Shown here in pieces: positions 9,272 to 17,368 of a DNA stretch of 64,000 bases (its first letter is position 1; each line of letters starts with the position of its first letter). The notes beneath the pieces were generated by a model that did no database searches, was not told the DNA's origin, and saw only the letters and a list, made by a program, of their open reading frames with translations. This DNA comes from Dehalococcoidia bacterium (GTDB taxonomy: Bacteria; Chloroflexota; Dehalococcoidia; Lucifugimonadales; UBA3495). Position numbers and translations under genes: made by a program. The stretch covers positions 3,011,986 through 3,075,985 of the forward strand of contig OZ242027.1 in NCBI GenBank assembly GCA_965204865.1. The letters are read 5' to 3'.

Positions 9272-9805
9272 TCAATCAGCGGGTTCGGACGGGTTCTCCA
9301 GGTCCAACATCGCCAGCAATCGCCCGTACCCGATGAACATTCCGGTAATCATCCCCAGCTCGAAAATCTCGGGATCGGTGAACTCCCGCCGCAGTTCCGC
9401 GAAGAACTCGTCGTCCACGTTCTGGTGATCGACGGACATACGCTCGGCGAAGCGGACGGCCAGCTTCTCCCTGTAGGGCAAATCGGTGTCCTCGAAGTGT
9501 ACGAGTGACGCCACCATTTCCTCGGTCATTCCCTGCTGCACCGCCGGCACAGCGCGACCCAGCTTTCAAGTGGCGCACTCGTTCAGCTCGGCAATCTTCA
9601 GCCGCACCAACTCCTTCAGCCGCGCGTCCAGCAGACCCTCCAGCTTCAGCGGCCCATAGAAGGCCCAGAACGCCTCATAGGCATCCGGCAGGTTGCCCGC
9701 CGCCTGGAATATCCGCGGGTTCAGCTTGTGCTCGGCTGCCGCCTTGGCGATTTTCTGCATTCCGGGCGTTAGCTGCTCGGTTGGCACCAGCTTAATCCGG
9801 GCCAT
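9272..9805 (-). CDS. carboxymuconolactone decarboxylase/AhpD-like protein, candidate selenoprotein (in-frame TGA at 9566..9568)
   Basis: ORFs 9566..9835 and 9272..9550 share one frame and are separated only by a TGA. The junction reads IAELNECAT-[TGA]-KLGRAVPAV, which is the family N-x-C-x-x-C motif with TGA on the second Cys. A hairpin follows about 20 nt downstream. Start ATG 9805 follows AAGGGG. Confidence 0.7.
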
Positions 9806-9822
9806 CTTTTTCCCCTTTTTAA

Positions 9823-9889
9823 CCACAGAGAGCACAGAGGACTCAGAGAGAATTTAAACAATACTCTGTGTTCTCCGTGCTCTCCGTGG
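9823..9889 (-). repeat. 27-28 nt inverted repeat built from CACAGAGNN 9-mers (intercistronic hairpin)
   Basis: CCACAGAGAGCACAGAGGACTCAGAGAG / ACTCTGTGTTCTCCGTGCTCTCCGTGG around a 12-nt loop. Two positions are G-U wobbles only in the minus-sense RNA. Confidence 0.7.
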
Positions 9890-9899
9890 TGAATTAACC

Positions 9900-11324
9900 C
9901 TACACTACCGGGCGGTCGGCCACCGCCGGGTCCACCTTGCGGCGCTGGAACCTCCCATCGCCGAGGGTGCCGTGGAAATTGCCGTCCTCCACAACCACCT
10001 TGCCCCGCAGGATGGTCATTACCGGCCAGCCCTCGACCTCGGTGCCTTCCCAGATGCTGTAGTCGGAGATGTGGAAGTCGTCCATGGTCAGCGTCTTCTT
10101 GATGCCGGGGTCTATCACGCAGATGTCGGCGTCACTGCCCGGGGCCAGCACGCCCTTCTGGGGCCACAGGCCCATAATCCTGGCGGCGTTGGCCGAGGTT
10201 ACGTCCACAAACCGTTGCAGGGTCATTCCCTGTTTCGACACGCCTTCGCTGTACGTAATGCCCATGCGAGCTTCGGCGCCGTTGTGGCCGCCGGTAGTAT
10301 CGGAGATGGTTCTGCCGGAAATTTTCGTCTCCCACGACGTGCAGTATTCGTCGGTCGCCATGGTCTGTAGGCCGCCGTTTATGATGCCGTCCCATAGCAT
10401 CTTCCGGTCGTCTTCCGACTTCAACGAGGGATAGGTATGGTACTTCATACCGTTCTCTTCCTTGTAGTTCTCTTCGTTGAAGCAGCAGTAGTTGTGCAGC
10501 GTCTCGCCGTAAATCGGGCGGCCATTGCGGCGGGCCTCCATGATGTTTCGAACGCCCTGCTGGGCGCTGACATGAACGAAGTAGATCGGAGAGCCGGTCC
10601 ACTCGGCCACCCGCAGCGTCCGCGTGAACGAGACATCCTCCGACTCCGCGCTGTGCACCTCCGACATATTGAACCACTCGGTGCGCTCTTCCCGCGTGAG
10701 CTTCTGATACATGTGCTGCACCATGTCGTCGTCCTCGGCGTGGACCAGCAGCATGGCGCTCAAGCGTTGAATCTCAGTCATCAGGTCGTGAAGATGGCCG
10801 GTGCCCACCATGCGGGGTTCGCCAGCGGTGGTGGGAGGGCGGATGTTGGTGGTGAATATCTTGACGCTGGCGAAGCCGTCCTCCACGAACTCGTGCAGGG
10901 AACCCAGGATGTTCTCGGGAATCTGCCCCAGCATCATCAGGTGGTGGGCGTAGTCGGAGTAAGAGTTCCCCTGCCATACCGCCGTGCGCTCTGCGATGGC
11001 CTGGGGAATGTCAATTCCAGGGTATTGGATGGCGAAGTCCATCAGGGTCGTAGTGCCGCCGAAGAGCGCGGCCCGGCTCACCTCCGGCGGGGGAGCGGTG
11101 GTAAGATTTCCGTGCCCCATGATGGGCGCGGAAATATGGGCATGGGGTTCGATGCCCCCTGGCACGACCACCTTGCCCGAAGCGTCAATAATCCGCCCCG
11201 CTTCGTCCCCCAGCGCCCCGGCCGCAGCCACCGCCACGATTCGTTCGCCCTGCACCGCCACATCCCAATCCCCTACCCCCATGGGGGTAACGACCTGCCC
11301 GCCGCGGATAATCAAGTCCAGCAT
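9900..11324 (-). CDS. dihydropyrimidinase/D-hydantoinase-type cyclic amidohydrolase
   Basis: N-terminal DLIIRGGQVV...GGIEPHAHI metal-binding HxH motif. 474 aa. Confidence 0.85.
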   Translation of the reverse strand: MLDLIIRGGQVVTPMGVGDWDVAVQGERIVAVAAAGALGDEAGRIIDASGKVVVPGGIEPHAHISAPIMGHGNLTTAPPPEVSRAALFGGTTTLMDFAIQYPGIDIPQAIAERTAVWQGNSYSDYAHHLMMLGQIPENILGSLHEFVEDGFASVKIFTTNIRPPTTAGEPRMVGTGHLHDLMTEIQRLSAMLLVHAEDDDMVQHMYQKLTREERTEWFNMSEVHSAESEDVSFTRTLRVAEWTGSPIYFVHVSAQQGVRNIMEARRNGRPIYGETLHNYCCFNEENYKEENGMKYHTYPSLKSEDDRKMLWDGIINGGLQTMATDEYCTSWETKISGRTISDTTGGHNGAEARMGITYSEGVSKQGMTLQRFVDVTSANAARIMGLWPQKGVLAPGSDADICVIDPGIKKTLTMDDFHISDYSIWEGTEVEGWPVMTILRGKVVVEDGNFHGTLGDGRFQRRKVDPAVADRPVV

Positions 11325-11444
11325 AAGAAAGCCCCCTGTCTCAGTTTTGGCTCAACCGCCGCTGATTTATGCGGCAGTTTAGCACACGACTGAGACCAGA
11401 GGGCTAGGCCACCCGATGCAAAGGCCCCAATAGGACCAGTGATG

Positions 11445-12851
11445 CTAATCCCCAGCCGCCGGCTGCGTCCTAGTGCCTTCCGTCTGTGCGGGTCGGGTTG
11501 CCTCCGCGGGCTGCGTCTGCGCCTCCGGCGGCAGTTCCTCCTCCCAGTCCGGCAGTTGGTGGTGGCGAGTGTTGGGCAGCGCGACGATGGACAGCACTCC
11601 AACCAGGCTCAGCACCAGCGACAGGCCCATAGTCGCGTCGAAGTTGCCGGTCCAGTCGCGGAGCCAGCCGCCGATCAGCGACCCCGCGGCCATGCCCACG
11701 CCCGCGCCCATCATCTGCCAGCCGTAGGTAGTGCCTATGGGCGCGCTGCCATAATACTGCCGGTTGATGATGGGGAAGGCGCTCATCTCGCCGCCGAACC
11801 CGATGCCGAACAGCACCGAGAACAGGTAGAAGTGCCAGGCGTCTGTGGAGAAGAACAGCAGCACGATGGGCAGGGTTTGCAGCGAGAAGCAGACGGCCAT
11901 CACACCCTTGCTGCCCACCCGGTCGGCCATAACCGGCACGGCGAACCGTGTCACCGTGCTGGTCACCGACAGGGTGACGAAGGCCCCCGCCGCCAGCCCC
12001 GGCGACACGCCCTCGGCCTCTGCGATGGCCACCAGGTAGACCAGCACGATGGCGTGTCCGGCGCAGCCCCAGAAGTGGATGCCGATGAGGTTCCAGAAGG
12101 CCAGGGTGCGCTGGGCCTGCTTGAAGAAGACCCGGGTGCGCAGCTTGGCTATCTCGCCCACCTGCATCTTGCGGACGGGCTCGTTTTCCGAAGCCCCCAG
12201 GGGACGCATACCAATCTGCGCCGGTTCGTCGTAGAAGAGCCGCACCAGCGCCAGGATCGCCACCCCGCCGATGATGCCGGGAACCCAGAAGGCAGCCCGC
12301 AGCCCCGGCAACCCGCCGCCGAACAGCGCGATGATCAGCAGCATTATCGGCACCGCCACCAGCGGGCCGACTCCCTGCGCCGACTGCAACAGGCCCATGC
12401 CGGTTCCCAGGTGCCGCTTGAACCACATGGTGACCGACGCCGTAAGAGGCACCTGGAAGATGCCCATGGAAGCGCTGAGGATGATCCCGAAGAAGAGATA
12501 GAACTGCCACAGATTGGTCATGAAGCCGGTCAGCACCATCCCGGCGATGAACAGGAAGGCGCCTATGGTCATGGTCACGCGGGCCCCGTAGCGGTCGCCC
12601 AGCCACCCGGCCGACGGCCCCAGCATTCCCGACACCACCCATTGCAGCGCAAACCCGAACCCCACCGCGCCATAGCTCCACCCGAAGGACTCCACCAACC
12701 GGGGAATCAGGATGCTGGACGACGAGCGGAAGGAGGAACTGAACAGCCGCATCACCGCCGCCACTCCCACGATTACCCAAGCATAATGCACCGGCCGCCC
12801 GGCGATAATCAGGTTGCTGAGGCGAAAGGAATACCGGGGAGCAGTTTCCAT
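11445..12851 (-). CDS. MFS transporter
   Basis: About 12 hydrophobic segments and the GWLGDRYGAR MFS loop 2-3 motif. The opposite-strand ORF 11439..12935 is a shadow. Confidence 0.85.
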   Translation of the reverse strand: METAPRYSFRLSNLIIAGRPVHYAWVIVGVAAVMRLFSSSFRSSSSILIPRLVESFGWSYGAVGFGFALQWVVSGMLGPSAGWLGDRYGARVTMTIGAFLFIAGMVLTGFMTNLWQFYLFFGIILSASMGIFQVPLTASVTMWFKRHLGTGMGLLQSAQGVGPLVAVPIMLLIIALFGGGLPGLRAAFWVPGIIGGVAILALVRLFYDEPAQIGMRPLGASENEPVRKMQVGEIAKLRTRVFFKQAQRTLAFWNLIGIHFWGCAGHAIVLVYLVAIAEAEGVSPGLAAGAFVTLSVTSTVTRFAVPVMADRVGSKGVMAVCFSLQTLPIVLLFFSTDAWHFYLFSVLFGIGFGGEMSAFPIINRQYYGSAPIGTTYGWQMMGAGVGMAAGSLIGGWLRDWTGNFDATMGLSLVLSLVGVLSIVALPNTRHHQLPDWEEELPPEAQTQPAEATRPAQTEGTRTQPAAGD

Positions 12852-13086
12852 ACGGTAAAGCCTTTATTCCCTATCCCCTCTCCCTCGAGGGGGAGGGTTA
12901 GAGCCTGCCCCTGCGAAGGCAGGGAGTGGGGATGAACGCAAAAGGGCATTATAGCCTAAACTCCCATTTTGCTATCAGCCTTGCAAGATTCTGCGCCAGC
13001 AAACCGGGGCTGACAACCCTCGGCGCTTTATCCTGGATTGGCCGCTCAGGGCCAACGCATTCTAATTGAAACCAGCATTGCGCCCT

Positions 13087-13143
13087 CCCGTCATTCCCGC
13101 GAAGCCTGCCCCCGCGGAGGCGGGGGGCGGGAATCCAAACCCC
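13087..13143. repeat. REP-like hairpin (variant A, reverse orientation, with nested insert)
   Basis: CCGTCATTCCCGCGAAG-[CCTGCCCCCGCGGAGGCGGGG]-GGCGGGAATCCAAACCCCC. The same nested form occurs at 54605..54662. Confidence 0.8.
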
Positions 13144-13417
13144 CGTGTTGCCCCGCGCCTGGCATTCCAGGAAGAGCCATCAACCTCCCCAGCCTTCTCT
13201 CACCTCTTTTCTCAATTGATGACCATTGCCCCTTGCGCAGTCCGGTGACGCCTCTCTAGCCTTATTTGCGTGAGAACCACAATACCCGCCGGAATGGAGC
13301 CTTCCTTTGACCCTCCGAAATACCCGACAAACCCCCCCGATTCACCAGGGGATACGGTTGCAAAGCCATGTCCATCCCCTTCATTCCCCCGCTGATGCCC
13401 AACCCGTCCAAAGCTGC

Positions 13418-13447
13418 AATGACCGAAAATGACTGGAAATGACCGGA
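13418..13447 (+). repeat. three tandem 10-bp units AATGACYGRA upstream of the 120-aa gene
   Basis: AATGACCGAA AATGACTGGA AATGACCGGA. A homologous triplet lies at 41142..41171 on the minus strand. Confidence 0.7.
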
Positions 13448-13490
13448 AAGTAAAAATTTCAACCCCAAGAACATCAGAGGAGGAATAAAG

Positions 13491-13853
13491 ATGTACTCCA
13501 TCAGCTACCTCCGGCGCCAGGTCGACGCCCTCCAGCGCAAACTCAAACCCGTCCTCGCCATCCTCAAACTCCGCAACCTCGCCATGCAATTCTGCGACGA
13601 GTTCGACGAAGCCGTCCTCAGCGAAAACCCCCGCCAGCGCGACCTCACCGGCATCTGCATGATGTTCCCGCCCCGGGTGGGACAGGCCGGCTTCCGCCTG
13701 GACAAAGGCCAAGAGCTGGTGCGCTACTTCCTGGGCTGCATCCAGAACAGGACCGGCCCCGAACCCCGCGAGGTCGTGTTCACCCTCATCCCCTGGGCCA
13801 GGAAAGGCCCCCTCCTCCGCGCCGACCTCTGGGAGCGCCCCAACGCCGCCTGA
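13491..13853 (+). CDS. hypothetical 120-aa protein (paralog copy 1)
   Basis: RBS GAGGAGG. About 96% nucleotide identity by eye to 40223..40585 (minus strand). No recognisable domain. Confidence 0.6.
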   Translation: MYSISYLRRQVDALQRKLKPVLAILKLRNLAMQFCDEFDEAVLSENPRQRDLTGICMMFPPRVGQAGFRLDKGQELVRYFLGCIQNRTGPEPREVVFTLIPWARKGPLLRADLWERPNAA

Positions 13854-13938
13854 CCGCCGCGATTGACAGTCGCCCCGCCCCAACTCTAAAATCGCCTCCA
13901 ACTGGACTAGTAAATTGCCAGCCCGAAGGAGGCCCAAA

Positions 13939-15126
13939 ATGCCCAGCTACCCGAAGGTAATCTACAAAGAAGAGGGTATGCGCGAGGGGATGCAAATCGA
14001 GGACGCCAACATCTCCGTTGACGACAAGATAGAGCTCCTCGACCAGCTTTCCGACACCGGCCTGAAGAACATCGTAGTCGGGTCTTTCGTCAGCCCCAAG
14101 TGGACCCCCCAGATGGAGCGCATAGACGAAATTCTCACCCGCTTCACCCCCAAGCCCGGCGTCACCTATACCGCCCTGGCCCTGAACTCCCGTGGCGTCG
14201 AGCGCGCCCGGCAGTACTCGCCGCCCCTGACCATCGAGCGCGACCCCTACCCCCGGCTCAGTTGCCACATGTGCGACGTCTTCACCCGCCGCAACACCAA
14301 CCGCTCCCAGATGCAGGAAATGGAAACCTGGCCGCAGAGAGTAGCCCAGGCCCAGGAACTCAACGTCAAGGAGGCCGGCATCGGCTGCAACGCCAGTTGG
14401 GGCTCCAACTTCCTCGGCGAGTTCCCGGTGGACAGCCTGATGACCCTGCTGGAGAAGGAACACGCCATGTGGGACGAGGTGGGCATCAACGTCCGCAGCG
14501 TCTCCATGGGCGACCCCATGAGCCACTGCACCCCGGCCAAGGTCGAGGAGAGCCTCTACCGGGTCAAGGAGCGCTGGCCCGACATTGACCACTTCCGCCT
14601 GCACCTGCACAACGGGCGCAACATGGCCATCGCCTCCGCCTACGCCGCCATGCGCACCCTCGGCCCCGACGACACCCTGGAGCTTGACGGCACCATCGGC
14701 GGCTTCGGCGGCTGCCCCTACTGCGGCAACGGGCGCGCCACCGGCATGGCCCCCACCGAAGACCTGCTCCACATGATGGAGGACATGGGCATCGAGACCG
14801 GCGTAGACATAGACAAGCTCATAGACTCCGTCTGGACCGCCGAGCGCATCATCGGCCGCGAGCTTTACGGCCACGTCTCCAAGGCCGGCCCCCGGCCCAA
14901 GACCGTGGACCAGCTCTACGACATGAACGCTCCCTTCATCGAGACCCTGGAAGAGGCCAGGCACTTCAAGAAGGGCCCCGAAGTCTACGAGGGCGGCATC
15001 TACCCCTACCGCGAGCCTATCACCAGCCCCTACCGCGAGCGCGTGGAAGCGGGCCTCCCGGCCTTCGACTCCGCCGAGGGCGACTTCCCTTGGAAGCAGG
15101 ACTGGTTCCCCTCCAAAGACGAGTAA
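13939..15126 (+). CDS. hydroxymethylglutaryl-CoA lyase-like (pyruvate carboxyltransferase/DRE-TIM) protein
   Basis: Trimmed to MPSYPKVIYKEEGMREGMQIED after GGAGG. Contains VGSFVSPKWTPQM and HLHNGRNMA motifs. Confidence 0.8.
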   Translation: MPSYPKVIYKEEGMREGMQIEDANISVDDKIELLDQLSDTGLKNIVVGSFVSPKWTPQMERIDEILTRFTPKPGVTYTALALNSRGVERARQYSPPLTIERDPYPRLSCHMCDVFTRRNTNRSQMQEMETWPQRVAQAQELNVKEAGIGCNASWGSNFLGEFPVDSLMTLLEKEHAMWDEVGINVRSVSMGDPMSHCTPAKVEESLYRVKERWPDIDHFRLHLHNGRNMAIASAYAAMRTLGPDDTLELDGTIGGFGGCPYCGNGRATGMAPTEDLLHMMEDMGIETGVDIDKLIDSVWTAERIIGRELYGHVSKAGPRPKTVDQLYDMNAPFIETLEEARHFKKGPEVYEGGIYPYREPITSPYRERVEAGLPAFDSAEGDFPWKQDWFPSKDE

Positions 15127-15249
15127 TTTCAGAGGAGCCTTCGGAGAATACGGCAACGCCGCCCGCGCCTGGACGGGCGGCGTTGCGTGTCGTCTATACC
15201 GGAGTACAATAGACCCATTGCTGAAACCTGAGACTGAGGAACCAAGGGG

Positions 15250-15891
15250 ATGTACAGCATTTACTACAATCGCACCACCCCCTTTCTCGCTTTCTTGGAA
15301 GGCATGGTGCGCGTCTTCGACTGGGGCACCCTTCTGGAGATTAGGAAGAGATGGCGCAAGGGTCAGTCGGAACCCGAATCAGATTCCCCGCAAGATAAGG
15401 AATGGAGCAACCGAATCGTTGACTGGTACATCCGCGACGCCATAGCCGCTTTTGAGAGAGCGGAATCTGTCAGGCTGGCCGAAGACCCGATGTTGTACCG
15501 CCGTTCCTTTGCCGTCGCCGATGTTCTTCTAGGCCCGCTGTCCACGCAGGAAGTCATTCTGCGGTACGAGGAAATGGTCGCGGGCGCCTGCGACAGGATT
15601 ATGAGCAGGGCCTCCGATAGGCTCGACCACGACGGCAAAGTCGAGCTTGAGTTGTTGAAGCAACGGGCCAGGCAGGGCTATTGGGGCATGGCTGTCGGGT
15701 TTATCTTGTCGCTGCTGCTGGCCGCCAGCGCCATGTACCTGCTTTTTTCCGGCAATGACTCGGCCGGATTCTCCATTGTTGGAGTCAATATAGCGATAGC
15801 GGTGTCCGTTTCGGTATACATCTCCAAGGCACAGGTGCGAAGGAAGTTGTACACCCGGGATTTCTTCTTGAGGAAGAGGCGCAAACTCTAA
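15250..15891 (+). CDS. DUF2335-like membrane protein
   Basis: Lower-GC gene. The soluble N-half is followed by two C-terminal TM helices after LLKQRARQGYWGMAVGFILSLLL, resembling DUF2335 architecture. Confidence 0.45.
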   Translation: MYSIYYNRTTPFLAFLEGMVRVFDWGTLLEIRKRWRKGQSEPESDSPQDKEWSNRIVDWYIRDAIAAFERAESVRLAEDPMLYRRSFAVADVLLGPLSTQEVILRYEEMVAGACDRIMSRASDRLDHDGKVELELLKQRARQGYWGMAVGFILSLLLAASAMYLLFSGNDSAGFSIVGVNIAIAVSVSVYISKAQVRRKLYTRDFFLRKRRKL

Positions 15892-15917
15892 CCGAACCGC
15901 GAAAATACAGGAGGCCA

Positions 15918-16496
15918 ATGATGACCTCGGCTAATCCCGTTGACCCCAACAGCATCCGGCTCACCGGCGAAAACTCCTTCATCCGTTTGGTGGAGGACGG
16001 AGAACAGACCACCCGCACCAGCCATTGGCGCGTCCTGTACTCACCCGGTGGCGCAGGACACGTGCTGTTCATCAAGAGCGACCTGGTGGATGGAGTCCGC
16101 ATCTATGCCGACAACATCGCCCTAGCCCGCTGGCTGCAAGAAGAAATCGAGAGTCTCCTGTTCCCGGAGTTCGCCGACCAGTCCATACAGGTCATTGACG
16201 CCGAGTTCAGCAGGAAGGGCGACACCTATACCTTCTGGACGGAGACCATCGAGACCGACGACGACCAGATTACCCTGACCTGGCACGACTTCCTGGAACC
16301 GTTCATGCTCACCGTCCCAGCCGGCAGCGCCCCGGGCCGTCCCCACGGCGTATACAGTTGCTTCATCCCGTCCCGCTCCGGCCGGGTAACCATCAACGGC
16401 GACGACGCCGACGGCCAAGTCGCCCTCGAAATGCGCGGCGAAAAGCAGAGCAGCACCGCCTGCCTGGCCTGGTCCGAGACCTGGGTGCGCCCGTAA
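15918..16496 (+). CDS. hypothetical protein
   Basis: 192-aa ORF with coding-like codon bias. No recognisable motif. Confidence 0.5.
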   Translation: MMTSANPVDPNSIRLTGENSFIRLVEDGEQTTRTSHWRVLYSPGGAGHVLFIKSDLVDGVRIYADNIALARWLQEEIESLLFPEFADQSIQVIDAEFSRKGDTYTFWTETIETDDDQITLTWHDFLEPFMLTVPAGSAPGRPHGVYSCFIPSRSGRVTINGDDADGQVALEMRGEKQSSTACLAWSETWVRP

Positions 16497-16626
16497 GGTG
16501 GCTGCGGGTAAACTCAGGCACACCGAAAAGGAATGGCGAAATTATGGATGCCCCGACGATAGCCGCCCTTACCTTGGTGGCGGGTGCTTGGCTTGGCGCC
16601 CAATCTTTTCAGGAGAATGGGACCGC

Positions 16627-17304
16627 CTAGTCCATCACCCCCAATACCACCGTGGCTGCTCCGTGGAGGCCGCCATGATGTTCCGGTTCTTCGTGGGAAT
16701 GAAGGCGGTCTTGGTGGTGGCTGTGCCCTTCCTGCTCCTCGGGGTGTGGCATATCCTCTGCGTGAGCGCCAATCTCTCGCACAACCTCCGCCCGCTCTAT
16801 CCTCAGACTAGGGAGTTCGGCGGCTACCTCATCCGGGGTGGTCAGTGACTCCAGGTCTTCGCGGCTCCACCCGGCGGGGGGCGACGACTGGTCATGGCTT
16901 ACGAAGAGGAGTCTGCCGCCCGGAGCCAGGGCTTCGACAGCGGCGGAGAGCATCTGCGCCCGTTGCTCAGGCCAGAGCTGTATGTAGAAAGAAGTAATCA
17001 GATCATAGGGACCATTTGGCCGGTACACAGTTACGTCTGAGACTGTGAACTCCACCTCAACCCGATGGTCAGCGGCCCGCAGCTTCGCTTTCTCAATGGC
17101 AACGGCAGAGAAGTCAACTGTAGTCACCTGCCAACCACGCTCAGCCAACCATACGGCGTTTCCGCCCGATCCGCACCCCAGCTCGAGGGCGCGTCCCGGC
17201 TTCAACTCCCTAGTGTGTTCTTCCAGCAGCGTGTCATGGTCGGCGAAAGTATGCTCCATGGTGGCCCAGACGTCGTCCCAGAATTCTACGGTATCCGTCC
17301 TCAT
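16627..17304 (-). CDS. class I SAM-dependent methyltransferase with His-rich C-terminal tail
   Basis: Trimmed to MRTDTVEFWDD after AGGAGAAGG. SAM motif I is ALELGCGSGGNAVWLA. The tail is HAEDMPHPEEQEGHSHHQDRLHSHEEPEHHGGLHG. Confidence 0.8.
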   Translation of the reverse strand: MRTDTVEFWDDVWATMEHTFADHDTLLEEHTRELKPGRALELGCGSGGNAVWLAERGWQVTTVDFSAVAIEKAKLRAADHRVEVEFTVSDVTVYRPNGPYDLITSFYIQLWPEQRAQMLSAAVEALAPGGRLLFVSHDQSSPPAGWSREDLESLTTPDEVAAELPSLRIERAEVVREIGAHAEDMPHPEEQEGHSHHQDRLHSHEEPEHHGGLHGAATVVLGVMD

Positions 17305-17368
17305 TGACCTTCTCCTGAACGGCGGCGATTCAGTGACGACCGTAAAACCCTGGCCAGTGGTTGATGAG

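Noticed and set aside
16544-16630. 28-codon hydrophobic ORF (MDAPTIAALTLVAGAWLGAQSFQENGTA) downstream of the 192-aa gene.
   Set aside because: The RBS is weak, the ORF is very short, and I cannot assess its conservation. It cannot be distinguished from chance.
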